Positions 40,666-50,989 of a DNA stretch of 64,000 nt are shown here, one piece after another. The notes under the pieces were generated by a model that was given only the letters and a program-made list of their open reading frames with translations, was not told the DNA's origin and searched no databases. Made by a program: the position numbers and the translations under genes. This stretch comes from Ilumatobacter sp. GTDB lineage: Bacteria > Actinomycetota > Acidimicrobiia > Acidimicrobiales > Ilumatobacteraceae. Position 1 is the first letter of the stretch. The number at the start of each line of letters is the position of its first letter. The stretch lies in assembly GCF_041688325.1 (NCBI RefSeq), contig NZ_JBDNIJ010000042.1, positions 4,003-68,002 of the forward strand. The letters run 5' to 3'.

Positions 40666-40947
40666 CGCTCCAGTATTGCGGCATCAGTCGCCGAACCGCA
40701 CGGCAGTACGCACGGCGGCAACGATCTACATGAGTGCAAAAGCCGACGTTGGTCGATCTCGCGTTCGGCCCGGATCATGCGTCCGGATGATTATGAAGTC
40801 ATGTGAGGTCCTGGTGTGACAGATACACCATTGAACGATCACACATTCACAACCCGTGTTTCCATATCCTAGGAGACTTCGTGGCCCGAGGAGACTGGCG
40901 GGCAGGAATCCCCCACCCCTCCCCAAGTTTTCTCCAGGAGCCTCGCT

Positions 40948-42471
40948 TTGACCACTACTACTCTCGATCAACAGACGCGCGCCAGCTTGCGCAGCCGCTT
41001 CCACGGTGCATGGCTGTCGAACCCCAAAGCCGACCTGCTGTCGGGCCTGGTCGTCGCACTCGCGTTGATTCCTGAGGCAATTTCGTTCTCCATCATCGCC
41101 GGCGTCGACCCCAAGGTGGGGCTCTACGCATCGTTCTCGATCGCCATCATCATCTCGATGGTCGGTGGGCGCGCCGGCATGATCTCGGCCGCCACCGGCG
41201 CCATGGCGCTGGTCATTGTCCCGCTCGTTGAGGACTACGGCGTGCAGTACCTGTTTGCCGCAACTGTGCTCGCCGGTGTGCTGCAGGTCGTCTTCGGTTG
41301 GCTCGGTGTCGGCTACCTCATGCGATTCGTGCCGCGCACTGTGATGCTCGGCTTCGTCAACGCCTTGGCAATCCTGATCTTCCTCGCACAAATCCCGCAC
41401 ATCCTCCTCGAAGACGGCGACAAGGATCAGCTTCCGTTGAACATCGCGTTCATCGTCGCCGGCCTCGCCATTATCTACGGCCTGCCCCGCGTCACCAAGC
41501 TGATGCCGTCGCCGCTCGTTGCGATCAGCGTCCTCGCTGCTGGTGCCATTTACTTCGACTGGTCGCTGCCAACCGTCGGCGACATGGGCGCACTGCCGAA
41601 CGCCCTACCCGGCTTCGGTCTGCCCAACATCCCCTACACCTGGGAAACGTTCAGCATCATCTTCCCGTTCTCGCTGACGCTCACGTTCGTCGGTCTTCTC
41701 GAGTCGCTGCTTACAGCGCAGCTACTCGACGACCTGACCGACACCGACTCCGACAAGAATCTGGAGTCCCGCGGCCAGGGCATCGCCAACGTCTTCACCG
41801 GCTTCTTCGGTGGTATGGCCGGCTGCGCCATGATCGGACAGTCGATGATCAACTACCGCTCGGGCGGTCGCACCCGGCTGTCGACGCTCGCTTCTGGTGT
41901 GTTCCTGCTGATTCTGATCATGGTACTTGGCGACCTCGTCGCCCAGATCCCGATGGCAGCCCTCGTCGCCGTGATGATCATGGTCGCGATCGGTACGTTC
42001 AATTGGAAGAGCATCATGCCGAAAACGACGCAGTCGATGCCGAAATCTGAGACCATGGTCATGGCCGGCACGGTCATTGTGGTTGTCGTCACTCACAACC
42101 TTGCCTATGGCGTCGCTGCGGGTGTGCTGCTGTCGGCGGTCGTCTTCGTCCGTAAGGTCAGCCACGTTGTCGGCGTCACGAGCGTGCTCGACCCCGACAA
42201 CCATGAGCGCCTCTACGCCGTCAGCGGCCAGCTGTTCTTCGCCTCGACGAACGACCTCGTGCACCAGTTTGATTACGACGCCGTCAAGGTCAAACGTGTC
42301 GAAATCGACTGCACCGACGCTCGCATCTGGGATACGTCAGCGGTCGTCGCCCTGAACGCAGTGGTCGCCAAGTTCGCCGAGCGCGGGATCGAAGCACACT
42401 TGGTCGGGATGAACCCGCACGCCGCAGATCTGCACACGCGGACCAAGGAAATCGTCTCCTCAGATCACTGA
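40948..42471 (+). CDS. SulP family inorganic anion transporter with C-terminal STAS domain
   Basis: 507 aa, polytopic. [21 protein letters not shown] motif and STAS-like tail ([16 protein letters not shown]...). TTG start is preceded by AGGAG. Confidence 0.9.
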   Translation: MTTTTLDQQTRASLRSRFHGAWLSNPKADLLSGLVVALALIPEAISFSIIAGVDPKVGLYASFSIAIIISMVGGRAGMISAATGAMALVIVPLVEDYGVQYLFAATVLAGVLQVVFGWLGVGYLMRFVPRTVMLGFVNALAILIFLAQIPHILLEDGDKDQLPLNIAFIVAGLAIIYGLPRVTKLMPSPLVAISVLAAGAIYFDWSLPTVGDMGALPNALPGFGLPNIPYTWETFSIIFPFSLTLTFVGLLESLLTAQLLDDLTDTDSDKNLESRGQGIANVFTGFFGGMAGCAMIGQSMINYRSGGRTRLSTLASGVFLLILIMVLGDLVAQIPMAALVAVMIMVAIGTFNWKSIMPKTTQSMPKSETMVMAGTVIVVVVTHNLAYGVAAGVLLSAVVFVRKVSHVVGVTSVLDPDNHERLYAVSGQLFFASTNDLVHQFDYDAVKVKRVEIDCTDARIWDTSAVVALNAVVAKFAERGIEAHLVGMNPHAADLHTRTKEIVSSDH

Positions 42472-42512
42472 CCGTTCGAGATGACCAGTGCCAGCCGTGT
42501 CCGGTTCGTAAG

Positions 42513-43250
42513 GTGGGCGTCGTGTTGAGTCGGTTGGTGCGGTGCACCCTCGCCATGGGTGTGCTTGTCACGTTTCTCGCGGCGCCGAGTGCAGCTGCGA
42601 CACCACCTCCGCCTGACAACCCAATCTCCGAAAACGTCGGCTCCGGTCTGATCCCGATTCCTCCAGGCTGCATCGCGCCTGACGCAGCCGATGTGGCATT
42701 CGTCGGCAAGGCAGTCGCCAAAGACTTCGAGAAGGTGCGCTTCGAAATCGTGCAGCTACGTGCCGGATCGGCGAGTGGCTATGCGATCGACGGCTTGATC
42801 GACGTGCTGTATCTCGAGGATGCGAAGTTCTTCGATGTCGACGAGGAGTACCTCGTGGGCGCTCGATTTGACTCTGGGTTGGGTGGCCTGTTTTCGAACG
42901 TGCGGCCCCCCGAACCGCTCTTCGGTGGCAATGACGTGATCGGCTTGAATGACACCGATATCGAGTGCCCCGTGATCGATGACCCGGTGCGCACGCTGCG
43001 GCCGGATGGCGCGAGTGTCGACTCTGGCGTTGTCACCCCGTTGTTCCGTGACAAGCGCTTGCTGCTCGCCACACTCGGTGTGCCGATCGCGATCGCTTTT
43101 GCAGTCATTATCGGCCTTGTCTTACTCCGCAATGTGTGGGGCCTGGTCATCAAGAGCATCTTCGAACTCGGGCGCGCCGCAGTCACGCCGGTGCCGAACC
43201 ACACGGCGGATCGAGTGCGCGAGCATCGCACCGACGTCGCAGAGGATTAG
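42513..43250 (+). CDS. hypothetical exported, membrane-anchored protein
   Basis: 245 aa. N-terminal signal-like segment ...VLVTFLAAPSAAA and a C-terminal TM helix LLLATLGVPIAIAFAVIIGLVLL. Confidence 0.55.
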   Translation: MGVVLSRLVRCTLAMGVLVTFLAAPSAAATPPPPDNPISENVGSGLIPIPPGCIAPDAADVAFVGKAVAKDFEKVRFEIVQLRAGSASGYAIDGLIDVLYLEDAKFFDVDEEYLVGARFDSGLGGLFSNVRPPEPLFGGNDVIGLNDTDIECPVIDDPVRTLRPDGASVDSGVVTPLFRDKRLLLATLGVPIAIAFAVIIGLVLLRNVWGLVIKSIFELGRAAVTPVPNHTADRVREHRTDVAED

Positions 43251-43254
43251 CTCC

Positions 43255-43318
43255 CGCCCTCCTGCCCGCCCTCCTGCCCGCCCTCCTGCCCACCCTCCTG
43301 CCCGCCCTCCTGCCCACT
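43255..43318. repeat. 12-bp tandem repeat (CGCCCTCCTGCC), 5 full units plus a partial
   Basis: Units at 43255, 43267, 43279, 43291 (G to A variant) and 43303. Intergenic, starting 5 nt after the upstream stop. Confidence 0.9.
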
Positions 43319-43345
43319 CCGCTGTCACAAACTCTGTGACAGGCA

Positions 43346-46300
43346 ATGTGTACGTTCACAGATGTGATCGAATCGGTGAAAGTAGTCGCCTATGGGCGTG
43401 CGGCGTCGGAGGCGTTGGCAGCAGCGGTCACCAGCGCCAAGGCTGCCGGTCCGCTCGTGCCGGTCACGGTCGTCGTGCCGTCCAACTTTGTCGGCCTGTC
43501 GGCCCGCCGGTTGCTCGGGTCCGGAGCACTCGAGCACGGGGGCAAGGGAGGCGTGGCGAACGTCTCGTTCATGACGCCATTCCGCTTTGCCGAAATGGCA
43601 GCAGCCGATCTCTTGCTCGAACAGCAACCGATTACCAACCCGGTGCTGGGCGCTGCGGTCCGCCAGGTGCTCGCCGAAGACCCCGACGTGTATCGACCCG
43701 TGGCCCAGCACGAAGCCACTGAGGCCGCGCTTGCAGCGCTCTTTGCCGAACTGTCGAATGTTGACGAAGCCGGCCTCGAGTCGATCTCTGAAGAGGGCTC
43801 CACTGCAGCGCTGCTCGCTGTCAAGTTTTACCGGCGCATCGCTGCGCAACTCGATGGGTTCCACACCGAGCACGACCTGGCAACGGCTGCCGCTGACCGG
43901 CCAGACCTCGCTGACCGACTCAGCTCGTTCGGCCACCTCATCTGGTATCTCCCGGCCCCGGTCACTCCCGCAATCGGCCGATTCATCGGCGAGGCATTGC
44001 GGGCCGCCTCGTCTTCGTCGGTCATCGTCGGGGTCTCGGGCGCACCACGAGCGGACGAGCCGACTTGGCGCGCCTGCGAAGCCGCACTCGTCGGGCGCAG
44101 CACTTCGTCCGTGCCGGTCGCCCACGGCGACTCGATTATCTCGGTCACCGATGCTGCAGAGGAGGTCCGTGAAGTGTGCAGTCGCGTGATCGGGTTGGTT
44201 GCCGATGGGGTACGGCTCGACCGCATTGGTGTGTTCTTCCCGACACCGGACCCGTACGTGCGGATCATCGAGCAGCAGTTCGGTGCTGCGGGGATTCCGG
44301 CGAACGGCCCTGATCCTCGGCGGCTCGCTGAGTCGGTGGCTGGTCGAACGCTCCTTGCCGGGCTGGCGCTGCCAGAACAGCGTTGGCGGCGTGACCGAGT
44401 GATGTCGGTAGTCAGCGGCGGCCCGCTGCGCTTCGACGGAGCATCGGTGCGGCCAGGCGACTGGGATCAACTCTCGCGAGATGCCGGCGTCGTGATCGAT
44501 CACGCTGACTGGCGACGCAAGATCGAGTACGACGAGCAGCGCGCAGCGGAGCGAATCATCAAGCTCGAAAGCGGAGTGCAGTCCGACTCTGTCACGTTTC
44601 AGCTCCAGCGGCTGCGCGACCGCGTTGCCGATGGCCGACGGTTGATGGCATTCGTCGACGGGCTCCACACGATGGTTCGCGCTGTTGAGCAGGCTGACAC
44701 GTGGCCGACCAAGTGCGCGGCGGCCACTGCACTGCTGCAGTCGCTGCTGGGTGAGGAGCGCCAACACACATCGTGGCCGGATCACGAGCAGGAGTCGTTT
44801 GCTCGGGTCGAAGATGCGTTGGTGCGCTTGGCTGCTCTCAACGACATTGAGCCGACGCCGAGCCACGGTGTGTTCCAACGTGCCCTGCGCACGGAACTTA
44901 ACGTTGCCCGAGGGCGCCATGGCAGCTTCGGGCAGGGTGTCGTCTTTGGCCCGATTGGCACGGCAATCGGCCATGACCTCGATGCGGTATTCGTGATCGG
45001 CTGCGCCGAAGGGCTGCTGCCGATGCCGCGCCGCGACGACGCGATCTTGCCCGACGCGGTCCGAACCAAGTCGCTCGATCAGCTGGAGTCGAGAGCCGAA
45101 CGGCTCCATCACCAGCATCGAGCGTTCCTCGCGGTGTTGGCAGCCGCGCCGGCTGGGCGGCGTATCCTGACGTTTCCTCGTGGTGACTTGCGATCCAATC
45201 GTCGGGCGCTGCCATCGCGCTGGCTCCTCGATACGGCATCCGCGCTGGCCGGTCGAGTGGTTCATGCCACTGACTTCGACGAACTCGAACTCGTCGACAT
45301 GGTGGGGTCGTTTGCCTCAGGCATCACGGCAGCCACGCATGCCGGGTCACTCGACGAACGTGACCTTGTGGCAGTCGGCAACGACGCGGCCGCTGGTGTC
45401 GCGCTCCTCGAAAATGAGCTGGCGGTGCTCGTCGGCAACGGATGGCAGATGCAGGCGGCGCGGGCCAGTTCTGACTTCACCGCGTTCGACGGAAACCTGT
45501 CCGCTCGTGTCGGCGCCGAGGTGTTTCCACTACCAGGTATCGGCGATCGGGCACTGTCACCGTCTCGGCTCGAGACCTGGGCGAGCTGCGGGTTCCACTA
45601 CTTCCTCAGTTACGTCCTTGAAGTCAGTGATCGTGACGATCCCGAACGAACCGACGAGATCTCAGCGCTCGACCGCGGCTCGCTCATCCACTCGACGCTC
45701 GAAAAATTCATTGGCGAAGCACTGCGTGACGGTGCGCCGTCGCCCCAGCAGGCATGGTCGCCCGAAGCGCGTGCCCGGTTGCACTTCATTGCCGATAGCG
45801 AATGTCTGGAGTACGAATCGACCGGGCGAACGGGTCGCCGAGTTAACTGGCGTGTCCGACGCGACGACCTCCACGATCTACTCGACGAATTCTTGCTCGC
45901 CGACAACGAGTTCCGCAGCAGCCATCTGGCGACCCCCGTCGGTGTCGAACTGGACCTTGGCGTCCGGAGCGGCGACGTTGTCCCCGTCACGTTGCCCAAC
46001 GGCTCCTCGATCACGCTGCGCGGCATGATCGACCGTGTCGACACAACTGCCGACGGGCGAGTGCTCGTCAGCGACTACAAGTCAGGCAAGGGAAAGAAAT
46101 TTGACGGCCTCAAAGACGATCCGTTTATCGACGGAACGACACTGCAGCTGGGCATGTATGCCGAAGGCGCCCTGCAAGCGACGGGGATGTCCGAGGCGGC
46201 GGCGCATTACTGGTTGGTTGAGCGCGATGGAGAGCAACGGCTCGGATACGCGTGGACCGACGAGAAGCGTGAGCGTTTCCATGAAGTGCTCACCGCCATC

Positions 46301-46534
46301 ACTTCCGGCATTGCCAATGGCGTCTTTGCTGCGTCACCGGGGGAGTGGGATTCCTGGCGGCTGACTAACGAGAACTGTGGGTATTGCGAATTCGACAGCG
46401 TGTGCGTACGCGACCGTGGTGATCATGCCGAGGCGAAGGCCCACGCTCCCGAGTTGGCGGTGCGTGTGGCGCTGTCGCCGAAGCCAGACAGCGATCGAGA
46501 TAGCGACCAAGACGGCGACGGAGACGTGTCATGA
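43346..46534 (+). CDS. AddB/AdnA-like helicase-nuclease subunit (inactive motor, PD-(D/E)XK nuclease with Cys cluster)
   Basis: 1062 aa. No GxGKT Walker A seen. C-terminal nuclease motif GMIDRVD...VLVSDYKSGK. One upstream Cys (WASCGFHYF) plus CGYCEFDSVC (CxxCx5C), the AddB iron-staple pattern. Confidence 0.75.
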   Translation: MCTFTDVIESVKVVAYGRAASEALAAAVTSAKAAGPLVPVTVVVPSNFVGLSARRLLGSGALEHGGKGGVANVSFMTPFRFAEMAAADLLLEQQPITNPVLGAAVRQVLAEDPDVYRPVAQHEATEAALAALFAELSNVDEAGLESISEEGSTAALLAVKFYRRIAAQLDGFHTEHDLATAAADRPDLADRLSSFGHLIWYLPAPVTPAIGRFIGEALRAASSSSVIVGVSGAPRADEPTWRACEAALVGRSTSSVPVAHGDSIISVTDAAEEVREVCSRVIGLVADGVRLDRIGVFFPTPDPYVRIIEQQFGAAGIPANGPDPRRLAESVAGRTLLAGLALPEQRWRRDRVMSVVSGGPLRFDGASVRPGDWDQLSRDAGVVIDHADWRRKIEYDEQRAAERIIKLESGVQSDSVTFQLQRLRDRVADGRRLMAFVDGLHTMVRAVEQADTWPTKCAAATALLQSLLGEERQHTSWPDHEQESFARVEDALVRLAALNDIEPTPSHGVFQRALRTELNVARGRHGSFGQGVVFGPIGTAIGHDLDAVFVIGCAEGLLPMPRRDDAILPDAVRTKSLDQLESRAERLHHQHRAFLAVLAAAPAGRRILTFPRGDLRSNRRALPSRWLLDTASALAGRVVHATDFDELELVDMVGSFASGITAATHAGSLDERDLVAVGNDAAAGVALLENELAVLVGNGWQMQAARASSDFTAFDGNLSARVGAEVFPLPGIGDRALSPSRLETWASCGFHYFLSYVLEVSDRDDPERTDEISALDRGSLIHSTLEKFIGEALRDGAPSPQQAWSPEARARLHFIADSECLEYESTGRTGRRVNWRVRRDDLHDLLDEFLLADNEFRSSHLATPVGVELDLGVRSGDVVPVTLPNGSSITLRGMIDRVDTTADGRVLVSDYKSGKGKKFDGLKDDPFIDGTTLQLGMYAEGALQATGMSEAAAHYWLVERDGEQRLGYAWTDEKRERFHEVLTAITSGIANGVFAASPGEWDSWRLTNENCGYCEFDSVCVRDRGDHAEAKAHAPELAVRVALSPKPDSDRDSDQDGDGDVS

Positions 46535-49500
46535 CGACGTTGAGCGATCAGCCAGCCCGAGATCTGATCAGTACACACGGGCTCGACCGAACGCTGTTTG
46601 TCGAGGCCGGCGCGGGAACAGGCAAAACGACGCAGCTCGTCAGCCGGATCGTCAACACGGTTCTGAACAATGACGTCAGGCTCTCCGACATCGCAGCGAT
46701 CACGTTCACCGAAGCGGCGGCGAGTGAGCTCCAGGCCCGGATCCGCGTCGAGTTCGAGAAGCGAGCGCAGACCGAAGATCCAACGCACCGAGAGCGAGCC
46801 GAGCAAGCGATTGCCGATACCGACCTCGCCGCGGTCTCGACGGTGCATGGGTTCGCCAGCCGCATCCTTGGCGAGTTCTCCGTGGCTGCTGGTTTGCCCC
46901 CTCGGATCAGCGTGCTCGACGAGGTGGCCTCGCAGCTCGCCAACGAGCAGCGGTGGGATCGCTTCGTCGATCTACTCAACAACGAGCCCGAGCTCGAAGA
47001 ACTGATGTATCGAGCCGCACTGCTCGACGTCCCACTCACCCCTGCCTTTCAGGGACAGCCGTCCTTCAAGGACGTCGCCCACAACTTCGCGCAAAACTGG
47101 GACCGGCTCGACGAGCTCCTCGACCAGCCGCTAGGTGCTGCCCTTGATCCGATCGACTTTACTCCGTTCCGTGAAGCTGTTCGCGCCGTGTCGGCGCTGC
47201 TCGACGATTGCCTCGATCCTGACGACCTGCTCGCCGGCCACCTCCGCACGATCCTGCCCGAGATGCAGGCAGTGGTCGCCATCGACGATCCGCATCGGGC
47301 TCTCCGGCGAATGCAGGCGCTCTACCGTCGGGGTCGGTCGGCGAAGGGTCGGCGCGTCATTTGGGGCCGCGGTACGGGTGGTGCCAAGAAGAACTGGGCC
47401 GTCGACCCGAAAGACATCAAAGACATCATCGACCAAGCGAACGACGCGCTCAGCGTCGTGCTTGACAAGGTCAGCGAGGGAGTTCTCGATCAGTTGATGC
47501 GGCTGACCGCACGGGAAGTGCGACAGGCTGCCAACGAACGGAAGTCGAATGGCGGGCTCGAGTTCCACGACCTGCTCGTTATTGCGCGTCAGGTGCTGCG
47601 CGACAGCGCCGAGGTGCGCAAGGTACTTCACGATCGGTACCGGCACGTCTTGCTCGACGAGTTCCAAGATACGGATCCGATCCAGATCGAACTGGCGTCG
47701 CTGATTGCAGCCACTCCTGCACCGCGGCAACCGGAGCGATGGAGCGACCACTCCGTTGCCGGTGGGCGACTGTTCTTCGTGGGCGACCCGAAGCAGTCGA
47801 TCTATCGATTTCGTCGTGCCGACATCAAGCTCTTTCTCGAGGCTCGCGACACATTTGGTGCAGGAAGCTCGGGCGCGGTTCGGCTCGACACGAACTTTCG
47901 CACGATGCCGCCGATCATCGACTGGGTCAACGGCCTCTTTGCCGAGGCGATGCCTGACGAGATCGCCGATGCCCAACCGAAGTACGAACCGCTCCGCGCC
48001 GGTCGCAGCCTTCAATCCAGTGCCGATCATCGACCCGTGGTACTCGGAGGCGAACATCCAGATCCGAAGGTCAAAGCGGGCGAGTTGCGTCTCGCCGAAG
48101 CGACCGACGTCGCCCGAGTTGTTGCTGCGATTCGGGCTGCACCCGATCAGTGGCCGGTGTTTGACCAGCGGGACAAGCAGTGGCGCTCGGCTCGGCTCAG
48201 TGACATCACGATCCTGATTCCAACTCGAACGTCGTTGCCGTTTCTGCGCGACGCATTGTCGGGGCACGAAATTCCATCCCGTCTCGCCACAGGAACGTTG
48301 GTCTACGACACACAAGAGGTCCGTGACACGCTGGCTGTCCTGCGCGCTGTCGACGATCCGAATGACACGCTCAGCCTCATTGCAGCACTGCGGTCGCCGC
48401 TCTATGGATGTTCTGACGTCGACCTCTACGTCTACCACCAGGCCCATCAACGATGGAGCCTGCGCAATGCTGTCCCCGAGGGGTTCGACCAACAACACCC
48501 AGTCGTCGCGGCGCTCGCGCATCTCCGCGCGATGTGGGAACAACGCTGGTGGACCGGCCCGGCATCGATGCTCGAACGCGTGCTCCGGGAACGTCGGGGC
48601 TTTCTTTTGGGCTACGGCACCGAACGGCCCGCCGAAGTGTGGCGCCGTCTGCGGTTCCTGGTCGATCAGGCTCGGGCCTTTGAAGAGTCGAACGGCGGAG
48701 GGCTGCGGGCGTTCCTTGACTGGGCTGCGTTGCAGTCGTCTGAAGGCTCACGTGTCCACGAACCGATGCTGCCCGAGACTGATGACGAGGCCGTGCAGAT
48801 CATCACCGTGCACGGGTCCAAGGGGCTCGAGTTCCCGATCACCATCCTCTCCGGTATGACAACCGCAGCCAAGGGAAAGCAGAACGGTGTCAGCGTGCTG
48901 TGGGGCGAAACCGGCCCTCCCGCCATCAAGCTTCGGGCGGGCGTTACGACAGCCGAGCACACCGCTCGCGCCGATCTCGAAGACGAAATGGACACCCACG
49001 AAAAGTTACGGCTGCTCTATGTCGCAACGACACGCGCACGTGATCACCTCATTGTGTCTGGCCACCACAAGGTCACTGGCAAGGCCGAGGCGACGTATGC
49101 AACTCGACTGGCGATGTTCTCAGTGGCGAACCCTGAGCTCTGTCGACCGTTCTCTGCGACTCCGATTGTGCCCAGTACTGATGGCCGTGTCAGCACTCAT
49201 CACCAGGTGTCGGCCGTCGCTGTTGGCCAGGCCCGCGAGTCGATGGCGGAACGTCACCGATGGATCGCTGCGCGGCAGGACCTGCTCGCACCTTTCTTGG
49301 TCCCGGCGGCGATGTCGGCCACGGCGATTGCCCGCACGGTTGACGCAGCACTGGCCGACAGCGACGACGACACAGCGTCGGCCGCCGGCGAGTCGTCGGG
49401 ACCGACGATTGTTCGCAAAAAGGGTCGCGCCGGCTCGGCAATCGGGAGCGCTGTCCACGCAACACTCGAGTTTGTCGACTTCGACGAGCCCGGTGACCTC

Positions 49501-50022
49501 GATGCGCTCGTCCAACGGCAGTGCGAGCTGCACGCCATTGCCGACTACGTCGACACCGTCGGAGCCTTGGTCCGTTCGGCGCTCAACTCTGACGCAGTGG
49601 CACTCGCACGGACCAACACGGCATTCCGAGAGCTGTACGTCGGTGCGCCGTTGGGCGACGTCATGGTCGAGGGGTATGTCGACCTGCTGGTTCAGACGCC
49701 TGACGGTCTCGTGATCATCGACTACAAGACCGACAGCGCGTCGTCGCCGGCCGAGATCGACGCCAAGCTCGCTGCATACGAATTGCAGGGAGCGGCCTAC
49801 GCCGTTGCTCTCGAAGAATCGACTGGCCTCGAGGTCGTTGACTGCCGCTTTGTCTTCTGCAAGGCGAGCGGTGCCATCGAGCGTTCTGTTGGTGATCTTG
49901 CCGGCGCGAAGCAGCGGGTCCGCGACACGGTGGCTGCTGGGCTTCAGCCAGCCCCTGGCTCGGCGTCGGGCAAAGCGGTGTCGATCGACACGATGATGCA
50001 GCCGAGTTTGTTCAGCGACTGA
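46531..50022 (+). CDS. AddA/AdnB-like UvrD-family helicase with C-terminal RecB-type nuclease
   Basis: 1163 aa. Walker A AGAGTGKTT, LLDEFQDTDPIQ, VGDPKQSIYRFRRAD, TVHGSKGLEFP, YVATTRARDHL. Nuclease GYVDLLVQ...VIIDYKTD. ATGA overlap with the upstream gene. Confidence 0.88.
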   Translation: MTTLSDQPARDLISTHGLDRTLFVEAGAGTGKTTQLVSRIVNTVLNNDVRLSDIAAITFTEAAASELQARIRVEFEKRAQTEDPTHRERAEQAIADTDLAAVSTVHGFASRILGEFSVAAGLPPRISVLDEVASQLANEQRWDRFVDLLNNEPELEELMYRAALLDVPLTPAFQGQPSFKDVAHNFAQNWDRLDELLDQPLGAALDPIDFTPFREAVRAVSALLDDCLDPDDLLAGHLRTILPEMQAVVAIDDPHRALRRMQALYRRGRSAKGRRVIWGRGTGGAKKNWAVDPKDIKDIIDQANDALSVVLDKVSEGVLDQLMRLTAREVRQAANERKSNGGLEFHDLLVIARQVLRDSAEVRKVLHDRYRHVLLDEFQDTDPIQIELASLIAATPAPRQPERWSDHSVAGGRLFFVGDPKQSIYRFRRADIKLFLEARDTFGAGSSGAVRLDTNFRTMPPIIDWVNGLFAEAMPDEIADAQPKYEPLRAGRSLQSSADHRPVVLGGEHPDPKVKAGELRLAEATDVARVVAAIRAAPDQWPVFDQRDKQWRSARLSDITILIPTRTSLPFLRDALSGHEIPSRLATGTLVYDTQEVRDTLAVLRAVDDPNDTLSLIAALRSPLYGCSDVDLYVYHQAHQRWSLRNAVPEGFDQQHPVVAALAHLRAMWEQRWWTGPASMLERVLRERRGFLLGYGTERPAEVWRRLRFLVDQARAFEESNGGGLRAFLDWAALQSSEGSRVHEPMLPETDDEAVQIITVHGSKGLEFPITILSGMTTAAKGKQNGVSVLWGETGPPAIKLRAGVTTAEHTARADLEDEMDTHEKLRLLYVATTRARDHLIVSGHHKVTGKAEATYATRLAMFSVANPELCRPFSATPIVPSTDGRVSTHHQVSAVAVGQARESMAERHRWIAARQDLLAPFLVPAAMSATAIARTVDAALADSDDDTASAAGESSGPTIVRKKGRAGSAIGSAVHATLEFVDFDEPGDLDALVQRQCELHAIADYVDTVGALVRSALNSDAVALARTNTAFRELYVGAPLGDVMVEGYVDLLVQTPDGLVIIDYKTDSASSPAEIDAKLAAYELQGAAYAVALEESTGLEVVDCRFVFCKASGAIERSVGDLAGAKQRVRDTVAAGLQPAPGSASGKAVSIDTMMQPSLFSD

Positions 50023-50963
50023 CGAGCTGCCGCTTCGACGTCTGCGCTCCGGGCGAGCACGACCACCGACCCGCCTGAGCCGGTGAAGTTCGCATGAGCG
50101 CCAGCAGCGCGTGCGGCCTCGACCATCTCGACATGACTGCGAGCGAGGTCGAGGATTGACGCACGTGTGTCGAACGTTGCATCCATCGCAGCTCCGAGCC
50201 GAACGACATCGGCGGCTGTGAATGCTGCAGCGGCATCGACGGCGCGATTGGCGAGAATCGGCATGGCATCGGTGACGGTTTGGTCGCGGGAATCGAATCG
50301 GGCCCGGAGGTCGCCGTGCACAATTTGGCTCGGTTCGGAGGTGCTTGCTCGCGACGCAACGAACAGACGCATGGCGCCAGCAGCGCGCACAGGTGTGAAG
50401 ACGCCAGGGCCGGACCGGGTCGACTCGGGATCGAACTGCATCAGCATCGGCTGGCCGTATGCCTGGACCACGCGGTCCTGAAGGCCGGCGGCAATCCCGA
50501 TTCGGCGGGTCTCGATGTTGAGAGCGGTGACGGCAAGTTCGTCGTTGTCGATTGCATCGCCGGCCCAGCCGATGAGCACCCGGAGCGCGGCAATGACGAT
50601 TGCACTCGAACCGGCCAGCCCCACCGATACGGGAATCGTGGTGTCTGCCGCGAGTCGAAACGGAGCGAGCTGCCCGCTGCGCTCGGCGATCTCGGCAATG
50701 ACGCCGAGCAGAAGGCAATGTGGGGAGGCAGCTGTCGCTGACGCCATGGCTTGCTCAAGATCAGCCCACGACTCATACCGGCTGAGCCCAGACTGGACAT
50801 CGACGAGCTCATAGCCTCGGTCGATCGAATCGAGCCGGGCTGCTGCGCTACAGGCCGGCACCGGGACGGCAAACACCGCGCCGCCGTAGCCATCGGATGG
50901 ATTACCCGCAAGTGCTGCACGCGCCGGAACGGTCGCGATGATCGGCAGGGCTGTTTCGTCCAC
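49944..50963 (-). CDS. GHMP family kinase
   Basis: 339 aa. NPSDGYGG near the N-terminus and GHMP motif 2 PVSVGLAGSSAIVIAAL. Confidence 0.7.
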   Translation of the reverse strand: MDETALPIIATVPARAALAGNPSDGYGGAVFAVPVPACSAAARLDSIDRGYELVDVQSGLSRYESWADLEQAMASATAASPHCLLLGVIAEIAERSGQLAPFRLAADTTIPVSVGLAGSSAIVIAALRVLIGWAGDAIDNDELAVTALNIETRRIGIAAGLQDRVVQAYGQPMLMQFDPESTRSGPGVFTPVRAAGAMRLFVASRASTSEPSQIVHGDLRARFDSRDQTVTDAMPILANRAVDAAAAFTAADVVRLGAAMDATFDTRASILDLARSHVEMVEAARAAGAHANFTGSGGSVVVLARSADVEAAARQSLNKLGCIIVSIDTALPDAEPGAG

Positions 50964-50989
50964 GGGTTGTTTGTAGCAGGTCGCATACG

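Noticed and set aside
40666-40947. A possible riboswitch or CRP-like site upstream of the SulP transporter (GTGTGA...TCACAC, AT-richer stretch).
   Set aside because: The inverted hexamers are 19 nt apart, not the 6 nt of a CRP site. I could not match any riboswitch consensus I know (no ACGR loops, no ykkC-like core). It is probably just a promoter region.
43255-43318. Whether any of the tandem arrays (43255, 61539, 62953, 30835) could be a CRISPR array.
   Set aside because: The units are 12-13 bp and directly abutting, with no unique spacers. No cas genes are present in the window.
43325-45265. 646-aa ORF antisense to the AddB-like gene. Similar long antisense or alternate-frame ORFs occur elsewhere, e.g. 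47131..48543 -, 27864..29240 -, 52750..54150 -, 49120..50718 -, 34738..35952 - and 31509..32666 -.
   Set aside because: Their translations are Arg/Ser/Pro/Cys-rich with no motifs. Each lies opposite or out of frame to a gene with clear family signatures. This is the usual stop-codon-poor shadow frame of high-GC DNA.
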